A DNA stretch of 64,000 nt from the human T2T-CHM13v2.0 reference genome, Homo sapiens: assembly GCF_009914755.1 (NCBI RefSeq), contig NC_060944.1. One strand, 5' to 3'. This document shows positions 56,406 through 64,000 of this stretch, one piece after another. Every line of letters begins with the position of its first letter. Position 1 is the stretch's first letter. The position numbers were made by a program, and so were the translations under genes. The notes beneath the pieces were generated by a model. The model was not told the origin of the DNA. It saw nothing but the letters and a program-made list of their open reading frames with translations, and made no database searches.

Positions 56406-59400
56406 GAAGCAATGTCAGAACTTTTTTCATGATGTATCTACTCAGCAAACAGAGTTGAACCTTTCTTTTGAGAGAGCAGTTTTGAAACACTCTTTTTGTG
56501 GAATATGCAAGTGGGTATTAGGCCAGCTTGGAGGATTTCGTTGGAAACGGGAATACGTATAAAAAGCAGACAGCAGCATTGTCAGAAACTACGTTGTGAT
56601 GTTTGCATTCAAGTCACAGAATTGAACACTCCCTTTCACAGAGCAGGTTTGAAACACTCTTTTTGTAGTGTCTGTAAGTGAACATTTGGATTGCTTTCAG
56701 GCCTAAGGTGAAAAAGGAAATATCTTCCCATAAAAACTAGACAGAAGCATTCTCAGAAACTTGTTTGTGATGTGTGCCCTCTACTGACAGAGTTGAACCT
56801 TTCTTTGCAAAGAGCAGTTTTGAAACACTCTTTTGTAGAATCTGCAAGAGGATATTTGGATAGCTTTGAGGATTTCTTGGGAAACGGGAATGTCTTCAGA
56901 TAAACTCTAGACAGAAGCATTCTCAGAAGCTTCTTTGGGATGTTTCAATTGAAGTCACAGTGTTGAACATTCCCTTTCACAAAGCAGGTTTGAAACACTC
57001 TTTTTGTAGTGTCTATAAGTGAACATTTGGCGTGCTTTCAGGCCTAACGTGAAAAAGGAAATATCTTCCCATAAAAACTAGACAGCAGCATTCTCAGAAA
57101 CTTGTTTGTGATGTGTGCCCTCTACTGACAGAGTTGAAACTTTCTTTGCAAAGAGCAGCTTTGAAACACTCTTTTTGTAGAATCTGCAAGAGGATATTTG
57201 GATAGCTTTGAGGATTTCGTTGGAAACGGGTATGTCTTCAGATAAACTCTAGACAGAAGCATTCTCAGAAACTTCTTTGGGATGTTGCATTCAAGTCACA
57301 GAGTAGAACATTCCCATTCATAGAGCAGATTTGAAACCCTCTTTTTGTAGTATCTGGAAGTGGACATTTGGAGCGCTTTCAGGCCTATGTTGAAAAAGGA
57401 AATATCTTCCCATAAAAGCTAGACGGAAGCATTCTCAGAAACTTACTTGGGATGTGTTTGCTCAACTAACAGAATTGAACCATCGTTTTGAAGGAGCAGT
57501 TTTGAAACACTGTTTTCGTGGAATCTGCAAGTGGATATTTGGCTAGCTTTGAGCATTTCGTTGGAAACGGGATTACGTATAAAAAGGAGACAGCAGCATT
57601 CTCAGAAACTTCTTTGTGATGTCTGCATTCAAGTCACAGAGTTGAGCATTCCCTTTCATAGAGCAGGTTTGAAACACTCTTTTTGTAGTATCTGGATGAG
57701 GACATTTGGAGCGCTTTCAGGCGTATGGTGAAAAAGGAAATATCTTCCCGTAAAAACTAGACAGAAGCATTCTCAGAAATTTATTTGTGATGTGTGCCCT
57801 CAACTAAGAGAGTTGAACCTTTCTTTTGATAGAGCTGTTTTGAAACACTCTATTTGTAAAATCTGCAAGAGGATTTTTGGATAGCTTTGAGGATTTCGTT
57901 GCAAACGGGAATGGCTTCATATAAACTCTAGACAGAAGCATTCTCAGAAACTTCGTTGGGATGTTTCGATTGACGTCCCAGTGTTGAACATTCCCTTTTA
58001 TAGAGCAGGTTGGAAACACTCTTTCTGCATTCCCTGGAAGTGGACATTTGGAGCGCTTTCAGGACGACGGTGAAAATGGAAATATCTTCCAATAAAATCT
58101 AGATAGAAGCAATGACAGAAACTTTTGTGTGATGGATCTACTCAGCTAACAGAGTTGAACCTTTCTTTTGAGAGAGCAGTTTTGCAACACTCTTTTTGTG
58201 GAATATGCAAGTGGATATTAGGGCAGCTTTGAGGATTTCGTTGGAAACGGGAATACATGTAAAAAGCAGACAGCAGCATTCTCAGAAACTTCTTTGTGAT
58301 GTTTGCATTGAAGTCACAGAGTTGAACATTCCCTTTGTGAGAGCAGGTTTGAAACACGCCTTTTGTCATATCTGGAAGTGTCCATTCGGAGCGCATTCAG
58401 GCTTGTGTTGAAAAAGGAAATATCCTCCCAAAAAAACTAGACAGAAGCATTCTCAGAAACTTATTTGTGATGTATGTACTCAACTAACAGAACTAAACCA
58501 TCGTTTTGAAGGAGCAGTTTTGAAACACTCTTTTTGCGGAATCTGCAAGTGGATATTTGGCTAGCTGGAGGATTTCGTTGGAAACGGGATTACATACAAA
58601 AAGCAGACAGCAGCATTCTCAGAAACTTCTTTGTGATGTTTGCATTCAAGTCACAGAGTTGAACATTCCCTTTCATAGAGCAGGTTTGAAACACTCTTTT
58701 TGTAGTATCTGGATGTGGACATTTGGATCGCTTTCAGGCCTATGGTGAAAAAGGAAATATCTTCCCATGAAAACTAGACAGAAGCATTCTCAGAAACTTA
58801 TTTGTGATGTGTGCCCTCAACTGACAGTGTTGAACCTTTGTTTTGATAGAGCAGTTCTGAAACACACTTTTTGTAAAATCTGCAAGAGGATATTTGGATA
58901 GCTTTGAGGATTTCGTTGGAAACGGGAATGTCTTCATGTACACTCTAGACAGAAGCATTCTCAGAAACTGCTTTGGGATGTTTCAATTGAAGTCCCAGTG
59001 TTGAACATTCCCTTTCATAGAGCAGGTTTGAAACACTCTTTTTGTAGTATCTGGAAGTGGACATTTGGAGCGCTTTCAGGTCTACGGTGAAAAAGGAGAT
59101 ATCTTCCAATAAAAACTAGATAGAAGCAATGTCAGAACTTTTTTCATGATGTATCTACTCAGCAAACAGAGTTGAACCTTTCTTTTGAGAGAGCAGTTTT
59201 GAAACACTCTTTTTGTGGAATATGCAAGTGGGTATTAGGCCAGCTTGGAGGATTTCGTTAGAAACGGGAATACGTATAAAAAGCAGACAGCAGCATTGTC
59301 AGAAACTACTTTGTGATGTTTGCATTCAAGTCACAGAATTGAACACTCCCTTTCACAGAGCAGGTTTGAAACACTCTTTTTGTAGTGTCTGTAAGTGAAC

Positions 59401-62400
59401 ATTTGGATTGCTTTCAGGCCTAAGGTGAAAAAGGAAATATCTTCCCATAAAAACTAGACAGAAGCATTCTCAGAAACTTGTTTGTGATGTGTGCCCTCTA
59501 CTGACAGAGTTGAACCTTTCTTTGCAAAGAGCAGTTTTGAAACACTCTTTTTGTAGAATCTGCAAGAGGATATTTGGATAGCTTTGAGGATTTCTTGGGA
59601 AACGGGAATGTCTTCAGATAAACTCTAGACAGAAGCATTCTCAGAAACTTCTTTGGGATGTTTCAATTGAAGTCACAGTGTTGAACATTCCCTTTCACAG
59701 AGCAGGTTTGAAACACTCTTTTTGTAGTGTCTATAAGTGAACATTTGGCGTGCTTTCAGGCCTAACGTGAAAAAGGAAATATCTTCAAATAAAAACTAGA
59801 CAGAAGCATTCTCAGAAACTTGTTTGTGATGTGTGCCCTCTACTGACAGAGTTGAACCTTTCCTTGCAAAGAGCAGCTTTGAAACACTCTTTTTGTAGAA
59901 TCTGCAAGAGGATATTTGGATAGCTTTGAGGATTTCGTTGGAAACCGGTATGTCTTCAGATAAACTCTAGACAGAAGCATTCTCAGAAACTTCTTTGGGA
60001 TGTTGCATTCAAGTCACAGAGTAGAACATTCCCATTCATAGAGCAGATTTGAAACACTCTTTTTGAAGTATCTGGAAGTGGACATTTGGAGCGCTTTCAG
60101 GCCTATGTGGAAAAAGGAAATATCTTCCCATAAAAACTAGACGGAAGCATTCTCAGAAACTTACTTGTGATGTGTTTGCTCAACTAACAGAATTGAACCA
60201 CCGTTTTGAAGGAGCAGTTTTGAAACACTGTTTTCGTGGAATCTGCAAGTGGATATTTGGCTAGCTTTGAGGATGTCGTTGGAAACGGGATTACATATAA
60301 AAAGGAGACAGCAGCATTCTCAGAAACTTCTTTGTGATGTCTGCATTCAAGTCACAGAGTTGAGCATTCCCTTTCATAGAGCAGGTTGGAAACACTCTTT
60401 TTGTAGTATCTGGATGAGGACATTTGGAGCGCTTTCAGGCGTATGGTGAAAAAGGAAATATCTTCCCGTAAAAACTAGACAGAAGCATTCTCAGAAATTT
60501 ATTTGTGATGTGTGCCCTCAACTAACAGAGTTGAACCTTTCTTTTGATAGAGCAGTTTTGAAACACTCTTTTGTAAAATCTGCAAGAGGATATTTGGATA
60601 GCTTTGAGGATTTCGTTGCAAACGGGAATGGCTTCATATAAACTCTAGACAGAAGCATTCTCAGAAACTTCGTTGGGATGTTTCGATTGAAGTCCCAGTG
60701 TTGAACATTCCCTTTTATAGCGCACGTTGGAAACACTCTTTTTGCATTCCCTGGAAGTGGACATTTGGAGCGCTTTCAGGACGACGGTGAAAATGGAAAC
60801 ATCTTCCAATAAAATCTAGATAGAAGCAATGTCAGAAACTTTTATGTGATGGATCTACTCAGCTAACAGAGTTGAACCTTTCTTTTGAGAGAGCAGTTTT
60901 GCAACACTCTTTTTGTGGAATATGCAAGTGGATATTAGGGCAGCTTTGAGGATTTCGTTGGAAACGGGAATACATGTAAAAAGCAGACAGCAGCATTCTC
61001 AGAAACTTCTTTGTGATGTTTGCATTGAAGTCACAGAGTTGAACATTCCCTTTGAGAGAGCAGGTTTGAAACGCGCCTTTTGTCATATCTGGAAGTGTCC
61101 ATTCGGATCGCATTCAGGCTTGTGTTGAAAAAGGAAATATCCTCCCATAAAAACTAGACAGAAGCATTCTCAGAAACTTATTTGTGATGTATGTACTCAA
61201 CTGACAGAACTAAAACATCGTTTTGAAGGAGCAGTTTTGAAACACTTTTTGCGGAATCTGCAACTGGATATTTGGCTAGCTTGGAGGATTTCGTTTGAAA
61301 CGGGATTACATACAAAAAGCAGACAGCAGCATTCTCAGAAACTTCTTTGTGATGTTTGCATTCAAGTCACAGAGTTGAACATTCCCTTTCATAGAGCAGG
61401 TTTGAAACACTCTTTTTGTAGTATCTGGATGTGGACATTTGGATCGCTTTCAGGCCTATGGTGAAAAAGGAAATATCTTCCCATGAAAACTAGACAGAAG
61501 CATTCTCAGAAACTTATTTGTGATGTGTGCCCTCAACTGACAGTGTTGAACCTTTGTTTTGATAGAGCAGTTCTGAAACACACTTTTTGTAAAATCTGCA
61601 AGAGGATATTTGGATAGCTTTGAGGATTTCGTTGCAAACGGGAATGTCTTCATGTAAACTCTAGACAGAAGCATTCTCAGAAACTGCTTTGGGATGTTTC
61701 AATTGAAGTCCCAGTGTTGAACATTCCCTTTCATAGAGCAGGTTTGAAACACTCTTTTTGTAGTATCTGGAAGTGGACATTTGGAGCGCTTTCAGGTCTA
61801 CGGTGAAAAAGGAGATATCTTCCAATAAAAACTAGATAGAAGCAATGTCAGAACTTTTGTCATGATGTATCTACTCAGCAAACAGAGTTGAACCTTTCTT
61901 TTGAGAGAGCAGTTTTGAAACACTCTTTTTGTGGAATATGCAAGTGGGTATTAGGCCAGCTTGGAGGATTTCGTTGGAAACGGGAATACGTATAAAAAGC
62001 AGACAGCAGCATTGTCAGAAACTACTTTGTGATGTTTGCATTCAAGTCACAGAATTGAACACTCCCTTTCACAGAGCAGGTTTGAAACACTCTTTTTGTA
62101 GTGTCTGTAAGTGAACATTTGGATTGCTTTCAGGCCTAAGGTGAAAAAGGAAATATCTTCCCATAAAAACTAGACAGAAGCATTCTCAGAAACTTGTTTG
62201 TGATGTGTGCCCTCTACTGACAGAGTTGAACCTTTCTTTGCAAAGAGCAGTTTTGAAACACTCTTTTTGTAGAATCTGCAAGAGGATATTTGGATAGCTT
62301 TGAGGATTTCTTGGGAAACGGGAATGTCTTCAGATAAACTCTAGACAGAAGCATTCTCAGAAACTTCTTTGGGATGTTTCAATTGAAGTCACAGTGTTGA

Positions 62401-64000
62401 ACATTCCCTTTCACAGAGCAGGTTTGAAACACTCTTTTTGTAGTGTCTATAAGTGAACATTTGGCGTGATTTCAGGCCTAACGTGAAAAAGGAAATATCT
62501 TCCCATAAAAACTAGACAGAAGCATTCTCAGAAACTTGTTCGTGATGTGTGCCCTCTACTGACAGAGTTGAACCTTTCTTTGCAAAGAGCAGCTTTGGAA
62601 CACTCTTTTTGTAGAATCTGCAAGAGGATATTTGGATAGCTTTGAGGATTTCGTTGGAAACGGGTAAGTCTTCAGATAAACTCTAGACAGAAGCATTCTC
62701 AGAAACTTCTTTGGGATGTTGCATTCAAGTCACAGAGTAGAACATTCCCATTCATAGAGCAGATTTGAAACACTCTTTTTGTAGTATCTGGAAGTGGACA
62801 TTTGGAGCGCTTTCAGGCCTATGTTGAAAAAGGAAATATCTTCCCATAAAAACTAGACGGAAGCATTCTCAGAAACTTACTTGTGATGTGTTTGCTCAAC
62901 TAACAGAATTGAACCATCGTTTTGAAGGAGCAGTTTTGAAACACTGTTTTCGTGGAATCTGCAAGTGGATATTTGGCTAGTTTTGAGGATTTCGTTGGAA
63001 ACGGGATTACATATAAAAAGGAGACAGCAGCATTCTCAGAAACTTCTTTGTGATGTCTGCATTCAAGTCACAGAGTTGAGCATTCCCTTTCATAGAGCAG
63101 GTTGGAAACACTCTTTTTGTAGTATCTGGATGAGGACATTTGGAGCGCTTTCAGGCGTATGGTGAAAAAGGAAATATCTTCCCGTAAAAACTAGACAGAA
63201 GCATTCTCAGAAATTTATTTGTGATGTGTGCCCTCAACTAACAGAGTTGAACCTTTCTTTTGATAGAGCAGTTTGAAACACTCTTTTTGTAAAATCTGCA
63301 AGAGGATATTTGGATAGCTTTGAGGATTTCGTTGCAAACGGGAATGGCTTCATATAAACTCTAGACGGAAGCATTCTCAGAAACTTCGTTGGGATGTTTC
63401 GATTGAAGTCCCAGTGTTGAACATTCCCTTTTATAGAGCAGGTTGGAAACACTCTTTTTGCATTCCCTGGAGGTGGACATTTGGAGCGCTTTCAGGACGA
63501 CGGTGAAAATGGAAATATCTTCCAATAAAATCTAGATAGAAGCAATGTCAGAAACTTTTATGTGATGGATCTACTCAGCTAACAGAGTTGAAACTTTCTT
63601 TTGAGAGAGCAGTTTTGCAACACTCTTTTTGTGGAATATGCAAGTGGATATTAGGGCAGCTTTGAGGATTTCGTTGGAAACGGGAATACATGTAAAAAGC
63701 AGACAGCAGCATTCTCAGAAACTTCTTTGTGATGTTTGCATTGAAGGCACAGAGTTGAACATTCCCTTTGAGAGAGCAGGTTTGAAACACGCCTTTTGTC
63801 ATATCTGGAAGTGTCCATTCGGAGCGCATTCAGGCTTGTGTTGAAAAAGGAAATATCCTCCCATAAAAACTAGACAGAAGCATTCTCAGAAACTTATTTG
63901 TGATGTATGAACTCAACTAACACAACTAAACCATCGTTTTGAAGGAGCAGTTTTGAAACACTCTTTTTGCGGAATCTGCAACTGGATATTTGGCTAGCTT
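56406..64000 (+). repeat. Two canonical 16-mer HORs (2717 and 2716 bp) plus a partial unit truncated in dimer G by the window end
   Basis: Anchors at 56496, 59213 and 61929. Confidence 0.93.

Larger units (their letters stand above)
1..64000 (+). repeat. Alpha-satellite higher-order repeat array (centromeric), dimeric type, ~2.72-kb 16-mer HOR
   Basis: Continuous ~170-bp monomers with alphoid motifs (GAAGCATTCTCAGAAACTTCTTTGTGATG, TTTGAAACACTCTTTTTGTAG, GGAAATATCTTCCCATAAAAACTAGAC). A CENP-B-box position occurs in every second monomer. The marker ORF 'MWNMQVGIRP' recurs mostly at 2716-2719 bp spacing. Confidence 0.99.
1..64000 (+). other. Probable human chromosome 20 active centromeric array D20Z2 (S2C20H1L, SF2)
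   Basis: 16-mer built from dimers with a CENP-B box in alternate monomers, unlike the pentameric 16-mer D17Z1. The AAAAGCAGACAGCAGCATTC motif is SF2-like. From recall, the SF2 16-mer with 8-mer variants is the chr20 array. Not confirmed by alignment. Confidence 0.75.

Noticed and set aside
91-63844. Over 150 short ORFs (61-103 aa) on both strands
   Set aside because: They recur with HOR periodicity, mostly use non-ATG starts, are freely frameshifted between copies and resemble no protein family I recognise. They are chance frames in satellite DNA and were used only as positional markers.
1-64000. CRISPR-like or other repeat-spacer array
   Set aside because: There are no unique spacers; the sequence between conserved motifs is itself homologous alphoid monomer.
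1-64000. D17Z1 (chr17), also a 2.7-kb 16-mer
   Set aside because: D17Z1 is pentamer-based (SF3), whereas this array is strictly dimeric with a box position in every second monomer.
1-64000. L1/Alu insertion or inversion within the array
   Set aside because: All unit lengths are near-integer multiples of the ~340-bp dimer, and I saw no poly-A tail, foreign sequence or reverse-strand monomers.

Overview
The whole 64 kb is primate centromeric alpha-satellite DNA: head-to-tail ~170-bp monomers in one orientation, with no genes, transposon insertions, inversions or unique sequence that I could see. Monomers alternate between CENP-B-box-bearing and box-less types (~340-bp dimers) and build a 16-monomer higher-order repeat (HOR) of 2716-2719 bp. 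I label its 8 dimers A-H, with A starting at position 1. A dimeric 16-mer of this type best fits the human chromosome 20 array (D20Z2 / S2C20H1L, suprachromosomal family 2); this assignment is from recall, not from a search. The window has 25 complete units plus one partial: 19 canonical 16-mers and 6 structural variants (two 8-mers and one each of 12-, 18-, 10-, 14- and 6-mer; counting the 8-mers separately gives 18 canonical and 7 variant units). All ORFs in the track are artefacts of the repeat. I found no new protein-coding or RNA system. The points of interest are array architecture: a hidden 6+6+2+2 substructure in the HOR, haplotype blocks, local and long-range duplications, haplotype-specific loss of CENP-B boxes, and a diverged, rearranged patch at ~45.5-59 kb.
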